Below are positions 8,699-16,533 of a stretch of 64,000 bases of DNA, piece after piece (the stretch's first letter is position 1; each line of letters starts with the position of its first letter). Source of the DNA: a virus; the IMG/VR virus record IMGVR_UViG_3300040801_004314, positions 36,665 to 100,664 of that record; one strand, written 5' to 3'. Both the position numbers and the translations under genes were made by a program. The notes under the pieces were generated by a model. It worked only from the letters and a program-made list of their open reading frames with translations. It was not told where the DNA came from and searched no databases.

Positions 8699-8917
8699 AT
8701 GAAAAAATTTTTATTAGTAAAGCTGAAAGAAGAAATACGTGTTAGTGGTGGTTGTTCTCCAGATGACCCTGAATTTGCTTATGTAGTAGGCGATTGTTTT
8801 AAAAGCACAGGGAAGTATTTTGCAGATAAGAAAGAAGCTCTTAAAGAAGCAAAAGCAAAAACTTTAAAAAACCAAGAAACAGAAGTGTTTGGTGTAATTA
8901 AAATAGATATGCCTTAA
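8699..8917 (+). CDS. Small hypothetical cassette protein
   Basis: 72-aa ORF flanked by a 15/16-matching inverted repeat whose right copy overlaps the stop codon. Confidence 0.75.
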   Translation: MKKFLLVKLKEEIRVSGGCSPDDPEFAYVVGDCFKSTGKYFADKKEALKEAKAKTLKNQETEVFGVIKIDMP

Positions 8918-9124
8918 TTACTGCCAACAATATTATATACACACCTTTTATATAAATTATTCATAACCAGCTAATTAATATTATTAAAACAAAAGGGTTA
9001 TAAATATTTGTGTTTAAAAGTTTATATTCTTAATTATGATCCAAGTATAAATGTATCATATTTATACTACATCAATAAACTTCACAAAAAATACACCTAT
9101 AAGACCAAAAGGCTTTTTATTCAT

Positions 9125-9454
9125 ATGAGTAAACATAATAACATACATTGGATAAAACAAAGGGAATATTATAGATTAGAAAAATACTCTCAATATACTA
9201 CTGATTTTGAATATTTAACTGGTAATTTTTTAATTACCTCATCAGAATACGCAGAAGTATCGAAAAAATTAAATGTTCTGTTTTATGATAAAAAGTGTAG
9301 GTGTGAAAACTATTCAAAAGCACCTAAATATTTTAGAAAAAAATTAAATCGAACACAGAGATATAAATCAAAAAGAAATATTAGAAAAATATTAAATGGA
9401 GAAAATGATAAACTTACACCTAGGTATAAAGGCGCAGATTACGATTGGTGGTAA
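9125..9454 (+). CDS. Basic hypothetical protein
   Basis: Likely ATG at 9125 (MSKHNN...); the annotated TTG start runs through a hairpin region. Confidence 0.6.
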   Translation: MSKHNNIHWIKQREYYRLEKYSQYTTDFEYLTGNFLITSSEYAEVSKKLNVLFYDKKCRCENYSKAPKYFRKKLNRTQRYKSKRNIRKILNGENDKLTPRYKGADYDWW

Positions 9455-9469
9455 AAACATATACAAATT

Positions 9470-9976
9470 ATGATTGGTGTTTTTAGGGGCGAAAATCACT
9501 TCTTATCTAATTTCTACCCATGTGTTATAAACCATGATGGGATTAGATATCCAAGTGTAGAACACTATTATATAGCATTAAAGGCAAATAGTAAATTGGT
9601 TAAGTTTAATGGCAAGGATTATAAATTAAGAGACTTTAGGTTAATGGTTTCTGGTTTAGATAATCCAGGACTTGCTAAAAAAGTTGGAAAAGAAATAATA
9701 GCTAGAAAAGATTGGGATGAGCATAGGATGATAGTGTTAAAGGATGGTATATACGAAAAGTTTAAAGATCCTGTTCTTAGAAAGAAACTCATAGATACTG
9801 GTAAACAAGAATTAGTTGAGGGTAACTGGTGGCATGATAATAATTTTGGATCATGCTTTTGTGATAAATGTAAAGATAAGAAAGGAAAGAATAAATTAGG
9901 GAAGATAATAATGAAAGTGCGTGATGAGATAACAGGTAATGGTAAAAGAGGTTTAGAGCAAATATTTTTTAAATAA
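9470..9976 (+). CDS. NADAR (YbiA-like) family protein
   Basis: FLSNFYP, YPSVEHYY, AKKVGK, KF, L..TG..ELVEGN.WHD, G.NKLGKIIMKVR. Confidence 0.9.
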   Translation: MIGVFRGENHFLSNFYPCVINHDGIRYPSVEHYYIALKANSKLVKFNGKDYKLRDFRLMVSGLDNPGLAKKVGKEIIARKDWDEHRMIVLKDGIYEKFKDPVLRKKLIDTGKQELVEGNWWHDNNFGSCFCDKCKDKKGKNKLGKIIMKVRDEITGNGKRGLEQIFFK

Positions 9977-10036
9977 TTGTGTTAAATTTAACAACAAAAC
10001 ACATTTAAAGCTATATAAATAAAAAATAATTTTTAT

Positions 10037-11245
10037 ATGGCAAAGAAAAAAAGTAAAGAATTTGAATTTAGTAAAGTAGGTACTATATTAGATAATATAT
10101 CCAAAAAAGTTCCAATTCGAATAGAAAAAGAAGTAACCAAGAGAACGTTTATTTCAACTGGTGTTTACTTACTAGATGCAGCACTATCTGCACATATGTT
10201 AGAGGGTGGTATCCCAACTAATAGAATATCAGCTTTTGCTGGGGAATCAGGAAGTGGTAAATCATTTTTAGCATACTCAGTTGTTAAGAACGCACAGGCT
10301 AAGGGATATTCGTGTATTTATATTGATACAGAGCAATCAATTGACTTAGAAGATCTACCAAACTATGGTATTGACACTGACTTGAACAAGTTTAGATTAA
10401 TTCGCTCCAACAAAGTAGAGGATATAAACATTACCTTAACTCAGTTAGTTGATGATTTGAAAGAGCAAAAATTAGCAGGTGTTAAATTACCAAAAATATT
10501 ACTTGTCTTAGACTCACTAGGTCAGATGGCATCTAATAAAGAAAAAGAAGACTTGCTAAAAGGTGATATTAAGCAAGATATGACTAAAGCAAAAGCACTT
10601 AGCTCTATGTTTAGAAGTTTAAATATGGATTTAGGGTTATTGGATATTCCTTTCTTAGTGATAAACCAAACTTATAAAACTCTTGATATGTTTCCTAAGG
10701 AAATGCTAAGGGGTGGTAACGGTCTTTTATATTCTGCTTCTGTTATTGGGTTCTTATCAAAATCAAAACTTAAGACAGGCAATGAAGATGATATGGACTT
10801 AGGCTCATCGGGTATTAATGTTCTATTTAAAACTTCTAAAAACAGACTTGCTAAACCTAAAAAGATAAGATTCGATATATCATTTGTTGAAGGCATGAAT
10901 CCTTACTCAGGTCTAGAAGGCTTCTGTAGACCTGAATTCTTTGATCAGATTGGGATAGCAAAGGGTAAAATGGAAGTAGATAAAGAAACTGGTGAGATGA
11001 AATTTAAGCCAGGTGGTAATAAGTATTATGTTAGGCATTTAGATAAGTCCTTTTTCTTAAAGAAGCTACACAAACCCGAAATTTTCACACAGGAAGTTTT
11101 AGAAAATATGTGTCCTATTGTTAATGATTACTTTAGGTTTAAATCAACTGATGAGTTAGAAGAACTTGATAAAGAGTTTGAAGAAAAGCTTGATGAGGTA
11201 GATAACTTCACAGACTCTACTGATGCAGAAGATTTATTTGATTAA
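10037..11245 (+). CDS. uvsX: RecA-like recombinase (UvsX)
   Basis: ISTG...LDAALS, Walker A GESGSGKS, YIDTE, LVLDSLG, DMTKAK, GGNGLLYSAS. Confidence 0.92.
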   Translation: MAKKKSKEFEFSKVGTILDNISKKVPIRIEKEVTKRTFISTGVYLLDAALSAHMLEGGIPTNRISAFAGESGSGKSFLAYSVVKNAQAKGYSCIYIDTEQSIDLEDLPNYGIDTDLNKFRLIRSNKVEDINITLTQLVDDLKEQKLAGVKLPKILLVLDSLGQMASNKEKEDLLKGDIKQDMTKAKALSSMFRSLNMDLGLLDIPFLVINQTYKTLDMFPKEMLRGGNGLLYSASVIGFLSKSKLKTGNEDDMDLGSSGINVLFKTSKNRLAKPKKIRFDISFVEGMNPYSGLEGFCRPEFFDQIGIAKGKMEVDKETGEMKFKPGGNKYYVRHLDKSFFLKKLHKPEIFTQEVLENMCPIVNDYFRFKSTDELEELDKEFEEKLDEVDNFTDSTDAEDLFD

Positions 11246-11300
11246 TATAAAGTTTACTTAACTTAGTAAACTGGTGGATGTCGGACAAAAGTCAGACCCT

Positions 11301-11331
11301 AAAAAGGCTCTATTATTTAGAGCCTTTTTTT
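11301..11331. terminator. Bidirectional terminator between convergent genes
   Basis: AAAAAGGCTCTA-ttatt-TAGAGCCTTTTTTT. Confidence 0.8.
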
Positions 11332-11810
11332 ATGGATATTAATTTCTTTTTATGATTTATGAGTGTAATGGATACAAAGTTGTAAAAGAAAAATGCTATT
11401 AATAATGTATTTTCAAACATTATAATTGTTGTTGTAATGGAAATTATAAATGTACCGCTTAACAAATCTATCAGCTTATTAGTTATTTTAGGATCAGTGT
11501 TTAAGTCATTACATATATCATCTATTTTTTCTAATAAACTTCTATTTTTTCCTGCATCTATCTTGTTTAATTTGTCCAATCTTCTACATTTATTACACAT
11601 AGTTAGTCCATATCCTTCTATATTAGATAAATATTTCTCAAAAGACTCATATATATAACTATCACATTTAAAGCATATCTGACCCATAATTTTTTTAGAA
11701 CTGGTGATCCTATTTTTCTTAAACCAGTGTTTAAATATTGATATACCAATTATAAGAAAAACATATAGTATAAAAGGTATTATTACAAATGTTATAAATG
11801 AGTAGTCCAT
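11313..11810 (-). CDS. Membrane protein with CxxC...CxxC; host-type promoter
   Basis: Hydrophobic N- and C-terminal segments; TATATTTG on minus strand at 11826-11819. Confidence 0.7.
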   Translation of the reverse strand: MDYSFITFVIIPFILYVFLIIGISIFKHWFKKNRITSSKKIMGQICFKCDSYIYESFEKYLSNIEGYGLTMCNKCRRLDKLNKIDAGKNRSLLEKIDDICNDLNTDPKITNKLIDLLSGTFIISITTTIIMFENTLLIAFFFYNFVSITLINHKKKLISIKKGSK

Positions 11811-11867
11811 TTTTTAGCCAAATATACTATTATATACACAGGGAATGTTATTTTTAATATATATTTA

Positions 11868-12590
11868 ATGAATTATGTAGGAATAGACCCCAGTTTAATA
11901 TCAACTGCATTAGTTGTATCAAATGAAGATAGCTTTAAAATATACAATTATGCTAGAGAAAAAGATATATATGGAAAGAAAAGTATGAAGAAGTGGTTTA
12001 AAATGGCTGAAGAACACGTTGTGTATAGATATATTTCTTATAGAGATTTTAAAGATTATTCAGAAGGTGAGCTAACTAAGCTAAAAGATTATGATGCTAT
12101 AACAGATATGATAATTTCAGATATATTAGAAAACATAGATATCAACGAACCTACAAAAGTGGGAATCGAAGGGTATAACTTTGGATCACAAGTTGGTGAT
12201 CTGGTAGATTTGGTAGCATTTTCTACTCTACTTCGAAAAAAATTATATGACGAAGTAACAACCAATATAGAAGTTATGTCACCAAGCACATTAAAGCTTG
12301 AATCTTGTAAGCTAACATATGTTCCCGAAGTAAAAGAAATAGGTGGTAAGAACCCAAGGAAAGAATATAAATGGAGAAATAACATAGGTATTTCAGGTGG
12401 TAAATTTATGAAACCAGATATGTTACTAGCAATTGTAGAGAATGATAATTTTGATGACTACTGGTTTAATCATTGTATTTCAGTTAAAAGTGATTTATTG
12501 TCTGTAAAAACAGTTAATAAACCATATGAAGATTGCAATGATGCTTATTTAATATACCAAGTACTAAAAAAACAAAAAGCCCACAATTAA
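11868..12590 (+). CDS. RuvC-like (RNase H fold) Holliday junction resolvase
   Basis: YVGIDPSLISTA, IEGY, SPSTLK, EDCNDAY. Confidence 0.8.
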   Translation: MNYVGIDPSLISTALVVSNEDSFKIYNYAREKDIYGKKSMKKWFKMAEEHVVYRYISYRDFKDYSEGELTKLKDYDAITDMIISDILENIDINEPTKVGIEGYNFGSQVGDLVDLVAFSTLLRKKLYDEVTTNIEVMSPSTLKLESCKLTYVPEVKEIGGKNPRKEYKWRNNIGISGGKFMKPDMLLAIVENDNFDDYWFNHCISVKSDLLSVKTVNKPYEDCNDAYLIYQVLKKQKAHN

Positions 12591-12604
12591 TGTGAGCTTT
12601 TTTT
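12574..12604. terminator. Bidirectional terminator
   Basis: AAAAAGCCCACA-attaa-TGTGAGCTTTTTTT. Confidence 0.75.
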
Positions 12605-12621
12605 TATTTATACAATTTTAC

Positions 12622-14043
12622 TTACCTATTTATATTTAGTTCCTTTAAGTAAATTCTAGCTGTTAAGCTCTCATTATGGAATTCACTTAAAGCATTGCCT
12701 ATCTCTTGCATCCTTTTCCTGTCCCCAGAATCTAAAGCATCATCCATAAGTATTCTTAACTCTCTTTCAGACATTTTGGAAAGGTCTTCCTCGTCCACAA
12801 CATCATCCACGGTTGATACACCTAGGCTATCATCATCGTGACCAATCACTTCACCTAATTCATATGATTTAATTTCATCTACTATTTCATCTACTATACT
12901 ATCAACCTTAGTCCTAGCTTCATCAGTTTTGTTAAGAATGCCTCTGAATAAAGCAAGAAACTCTTTTTCTGACATATATTCTGGATCTAATATCTTACCA
13001 TAAACATATAATCTCATAATACTACTGTAATTAGCATTAGGGCTATCATTTATAAAATCTCTTAAATCTGATGCGATTTGAGGTCCTGTTCTAAAATCTT
13101 CGGCTTCATCTTCCATTGAAGAAACATTTATTTTAACAGTTTTAGCATCTTCTATTTCTTTGGGACTAGATCCTTCCTTTGGCTGATAAACAGAAGCAAC
13201 TAGTTCCATTATACCTTTTACCGCTTCGTGTAAAAGCATAGGGAAGTCAATACCCCTTGCTTTTATTACTGGTGTGTAGGAAACTTCCTGTTCAGTCTCA
13301 TCACCTTGGGAATCTGTTTCTACTTCGTATTCTTTTTCATCTTCTACTTTATACTCTTTCCAGTCTATTTTGACAGCACCTGCTAAACCATCTGGTTTTT
13401 TTCTAATCATATCAGCTTTCACATTTATTGGGATAACCCAATCAGCTTGATTTGCTATTTCAGTTATTTTATTCCACGTCTCAATGGAATCTTCGAAATC
13501 ATCCCTCATAACTCCCTTAAGCAAATCTATTGAAAAAGTTGAATTTAGTATTAACTTTGTGTTTTTGGCTTCACCTTGTATTAGATTATTAGCTAATTTA
13601 GCTTTGTGTATTTTGTTCTTAAGAACTTCATCTTTTATATTTTCATATTCTATACTTTCATCTTCACCATCTTCATCATCTTCGTTAAGCATTTTAGAAA
13701 TCTTAGTTCCATCTTTTTCAAACTTGATGTCTAATTCAACACCATCCAATATTTCACCAAACTCATTGAGTATTATTTCTTCTGCTATTTTTTCTAATTC
13801 TTCTTCTCTTCCACTTATATATGATTCAGATTTTTTGATCAAGTTCATGAAATTTCTACCAATGTGATTAGTTGGAATAAAATTACCATCTGGCATTTTT
13901 CTAACACTGTAGTCTCTTTGGGCTTTATTTTCTAAGTCATTTAGATAGTCTCTATCATTGGAATTTCTCTCACCCTCATTTGGTATTCCAGGGTTGCCCT
14001 TAATAGTTACTTCTTCTAGGAATTTATTAAATTTTTTTATCAT
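12622..14043 (-). CDS. Acidic hypothetical (probable internal head) protein with MIKKFNKFLEE N-terminus
   Basis: Capsid-targeting-like start; FPMLLHEAVKG; short UVR-like helical hairpin near the C-terminus. Confidence 0.7.
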   Translation of the reverse strand: MIKKFNKFLEEVTIKGNPGIPNEGERNSNDRDYLNDLENKAQRDYSVRKMPDGNFIPTNHIGRNFMNLIKKSESYISGREEELEKIAEEIILNEFGEILDGVELDIKFEKDGTKISKMLNEDDEDGEDESIEYENIKDEVLKNKIHKAKLANNLIQGEAKNTKLILNSTFSIDLLKGVMRDDFEDSIETWNKITEIANQADWVIPINVKADMIRKKPDGLAGAVKIDWKEYKVEDEKEYEVETDSQGDETEQEVSYTPVIKARGIDFPMLLHEAVKGIMELVASVYQPKEGSSPKEIEDAKTVKINVSSMEDEAEDFRTGPQIASDLRDFINDSPNANYSSIMRLYVYGKILDPEYMSEKEFLALFRGILNKTDEARTKVDSIVDEIVDEIKSYELGEVIGHDDDSLGVSTVDDVVDEEDLSKMSERELRILMDDALDSGDRKRMQEIGNALSEFHNESLTARIYLKELNINR

Positions 14044-14050
14044 TTTATAA

Positions 14051-14275
14051 TTATTTTTGTTTAGTTATAGCTTTAAACTTGTTTATAACATCTTCGACAG
14101 ATGCTTTCTTAGGCTCTTTTTCAGCCTTTGGAGCAGGTTTTACTGCTGGTTTATCCCTTCTTATAGGTGAGGGTCTATTAGGTTTTCTAGTAGGCTTTGT
14201 ACCAGGATGCACTAAAGGCTCTCTTTGTGGGGAATTTTCTTCTAAGAATAACTTAAAATCTTTTACTTTTTTCAT
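14051..14275 (-). CDS. Small Pro/Lys-rich protein with MKKVKDFKLFLEE N-terminus
   Basis: 74-aa ORF; TAATATATA upstream on minus strand (14310-14302). Confidence 0.65.
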   Translation of the reverse strand: MKKVKDFKLFLEENSPQREPLVHPGTKPTRKPNRPSPIRRDKPAVKPAPKAEKEPKKASVEDVINKFKAITKQK

Positions 14276-14356
14276 ATTTTTATTTAATTTAAGATATATA
14301 ATATATATTAAAATAAAACTTTACATTTGTGGGTATGTGAAAATAATATATAACAT

Positions 14357-14992
14357 ATGAGAAAATTTAGTAAAATACAAGAATCAAATAAAGAAAATGA
14401 GTATGTAGTAAAGGCTACTATAGAATTGGTTGTGAAAGCTGAAAACGAGGGTGAGGCTGGATATATTGCTGATGATACATTAGGTGGTTTAGAAAATGTT
14501 GACACATACGACATAATAAACATTGACAAGAAAACAATAGGATTAAAAGAGAGTAGAAAAGCTGACTTGACACCTAGACAATGGAGAATAAAATATGATA
14601 ACAAACCAATATATTCTTATATTTTTATAATTGAAGATCCAATGGGTAACCAACAAAGGTATATAGTTCATTTGAAATACCAACATACACTAAAAGGTGA
14701 TGAGATATATTTTAAAGAATCTTTAGTAAACGGAGCAGAGGGTAATGGTGCTAGGCTTAGTATGTCAAACCTACAAAATACACCTACAAATCTATTTAAT
14801 CCACAAGAAAGAGACATTTATAAAAATCCTGTAGATTTTGATGAAGAAATCATAAATAATGATAATTTAAAAGAAAGCCTAGATAATATGATTACTGAAC
14901 ACAGAGGTCAGTCTATTCCTACACTTGTTACAAAGTGGATGGAAAAGGGTGTTTATAAGTTAATAAACTATACTGAAAAAAAACAATTTTAA
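14357..14992 (+). CDS. Hypothetical protein (MRKFSKIQES N-terminus)
   Basis: ORF; TAATATATA at 14344-14352. Confidence 0.7.
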   Translation: MRKFSKIQESNKENEYVVKATIELVVKAENEGEAGYIADDTLGGLENVDTYDIINIDKKTIGLKESRKADLTPRQWRIKYDNKPIYSYIFIIEDPMGNQQRYIVHLKYQHTLKGDEIYFKESLVNGAEGNGARLSMSNLQNTPTNLFNPQERDIYKNPVDFDEEIINNDNLKESLDNMITEHRGQSIPTLVTKWMEKGVYKLINYTEKKQF

Positions 14993-14994
14993 TA

Positions 14995-15501
14995 ATGAAA
15001 AAATTCACACAAATTAAAAAAACAGCTAAAACAGCTAGAATAGATAGAATAGTAGAAGATACAACCAATGAGTTGAGACCAGAACAAAAAACAGATGAAT
15101 TAGTAGAAGTTGGTCAAAAAGATAGTAATGTTGTAAAGTTCTTCTCTAAGCTTTTTGAGTCTAAAGAAATGGCTCATGTTTATCATTTACAAGTAAAAGG
15201 CGAAGAAGGATCATATGCAGCACATAAAGCACTAGAAGATTATTATGAAGATATGCTAGAGCTATTAGATGATACCATTGAGGTTTACCAAGGACAATAT
15301 GGCGTGATAGAAGGATATGATATAATAGATACTGATGATACCAAAGATAAAGACTTCGTATCTTATTTTGAAGAAATAGCAGAATTTGTTAAAGTCTCAA
15401 AGAAATGTATACCAGAGGAAGATACACATACACATAGTCTTATAGATGATATAGTATGCCTAATTTACAAAACACTATATAAGCTTAAGTTTCTTAAGTA
15501 A
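14995..15501 (+). CDS. Ferritin/Dps-like four-helix-bundle protein (DUF5856-like)
   Basis: HVYHLQ...SYAAHKALEDYYE...D..IEVYQGQYG...LYKLKFL. Confidence 0.75.
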   Translation: MKKFTQIKKTAKTARIDRIVEDTTNELRPEQKTDELVEVGQKDSNVVKFFSKLFESKEMAHVYHLQVKGEEGSYAAHKALEDYYEDMLELLDDTIEVYQGQYGVIEGYDIIDTDDTKDKDFVSYFEEIAEFVKVSKKCIPEEDTHTHSLIDDIVCLIYKTLYKLKFLK

Positions 15502-15819
15502 TTAGTCAGAAGTATATAAAAAATCTCTACCATTTTCATTATAATTTAATAAGTTATTAATTATAGTATCTATTTTATCAATAGATTCATTATTATTTTT
15601 AACAACAATTTCTAATGCAGATATTGAATCGTCAATTTGATCATTGCCTTTCTTAGACGAACTTTTGTAGTTAGATAACTCATTTGTGTATGATTTTACC
15701 TTTTTATTTTTGTCCTCTAAATTAGCAACTATTTCTCTTAAATCTTCTATTATTTCATTCACTCTATCACCTGATATATCTATTGAATCAAAGCTTTCAT
15801 TAAATTTTTTTATTTTCAT
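15502..15819 (-). CDS. Coiled-coil hypothetical protein (MKIKKFNES N-terminus)
   Basis: 105-aa ORF. Confidence 0.7.
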   Translation of the reverse strand: MKIKKFNESFDSIDISGDRVNEIIEDLREIVANLEDKNKKVKSYTNELSNYKSSSKKGNDQIDDSISALEIVVKNNNESIDKIDTIINNLLNYNENGRDFLYTSD

Positions 15820-15828
15820 AATTGACGT

Positions 15829-15852
15829 TTCTATTTTTAATATATATTAAAT
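15829..15852. promoter_or_regulatory. Palindromic bidirectional late-type promoter TTAATATATATTAA between divergent genes
   Basis: 24-bp TTCTATTTTTAATATATATTAAAT, identical to 46190-46213. Confidence 0.65.
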
Positions 15853-16533
15853 ATGGGAAGACGTAATAAATTAATATTAGAATTCACAGAGTTTAACGTA
15901 CAACGTTTCAATTCTGACTCGGTTAGACCTGCTATGCATGTAGATAACCCACAATTGTCAACAAATGCATTTGATAAGCACCAAGATGGTTTAAGACAGG
16001 CAATGGCTAGAATAGATAGTATACTATTTAAATTAAAAGGAACATCTGCGTATTCATCTTTAAGGAGCAAATTAGCTATTGAAGACCAAGATATCCAGAG
16101 TATGAAAGTACTTAGAATAGTGAGAAGTAATAGTGTTCATTATGATGTTTTCATAACCTTTGTAATAGGTGAAGAAGAGTATTGGGGTAAGGTAGAAGAT
16201 ATTTTAGGTGTAAACCCTACGCTATCATCCGAAGTTTTTAAAGACTATGACCTTTATCAACCTAAAGAATGGGTTATAAAAATAAAAGGTTTAGTCATAA
16301 AAACTATCAAAGAGTGGCTTAAGCCACAGCCTGGTGAATACAAACTCTTAAAAGATGAAATAATATGCTACTCTAGTGAAAGCGGTAAACAAATTAGAAT
16401 AAAAGAGGGAACTGAGATAACGTTAGTTAGATCTCATGATGATAAGATAATAATAAAATACCAAAGTGATTATTTCAACCTAGTAGATGATAATTATATT
16501 TATTTCAACTGGTGGTTTGAAAGGGTAAACTAG
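15853..16533 (+). CDS. Hypothetical protein
   Basis: 226-aa ORF; stop codon overlaps the convergent gene (CTAG). Confidence 0.75.
   Translation: MGRRNKLILEFTEFNVQRFNSDSVRPAMHVDNPQLSTNAFDKHQDGLRQAMARIDSILFKLKGTSAYSSLRSKLAIEDQDIQSMKVLRIVRSNSVHYDVFITFVIGEEEYWGKVEDILGVNPTLSSEVFKDYDLYQPKEWVIKIKGLVIKTIKEWLKPQPGEYKLLKDEIICYSSESGKQIRIKEGTEITLVRSHDDKIIIKYQSDYFNLVDDNYIYFNWWFERVN

Larger units (their letters stand above)
7341..8945 (+). mobile_element. Integron-like gene-cassette array (attC-like sites, no integrase in window; CALIN-like)
   Basis: Core pairs bracketing each unit: 7352 GTTATGC/7597 GCATAAC; 7698 ATTGTGAGTAGTGCT/7785 AGCATTACTTACAAC; 7846 GTTATAC/degenerate at ~8198; 8316 GTTAGGC/8550 ACCTAAC; 8674 TGTTGGCAGTAGTTAA/8914 TTAATTACTGCCAACA. 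Imperfect hairpins lie between units. Confidence 0.7.

Noticed and set aside
8941-8947. ACACCTT as a duplicated tmRNA 3' end (att site) closing an island
   Set aside because: Only a 7-nt match, expected by chance; no integrase is adjacent.
9033-9070. AGTATAAAT/ATTTATACT hairpin as a further attC-like site
   Set aside because: No flanking AAC/GTT cores at the spacing seen in the other sites; left as an unassigned hairpin.
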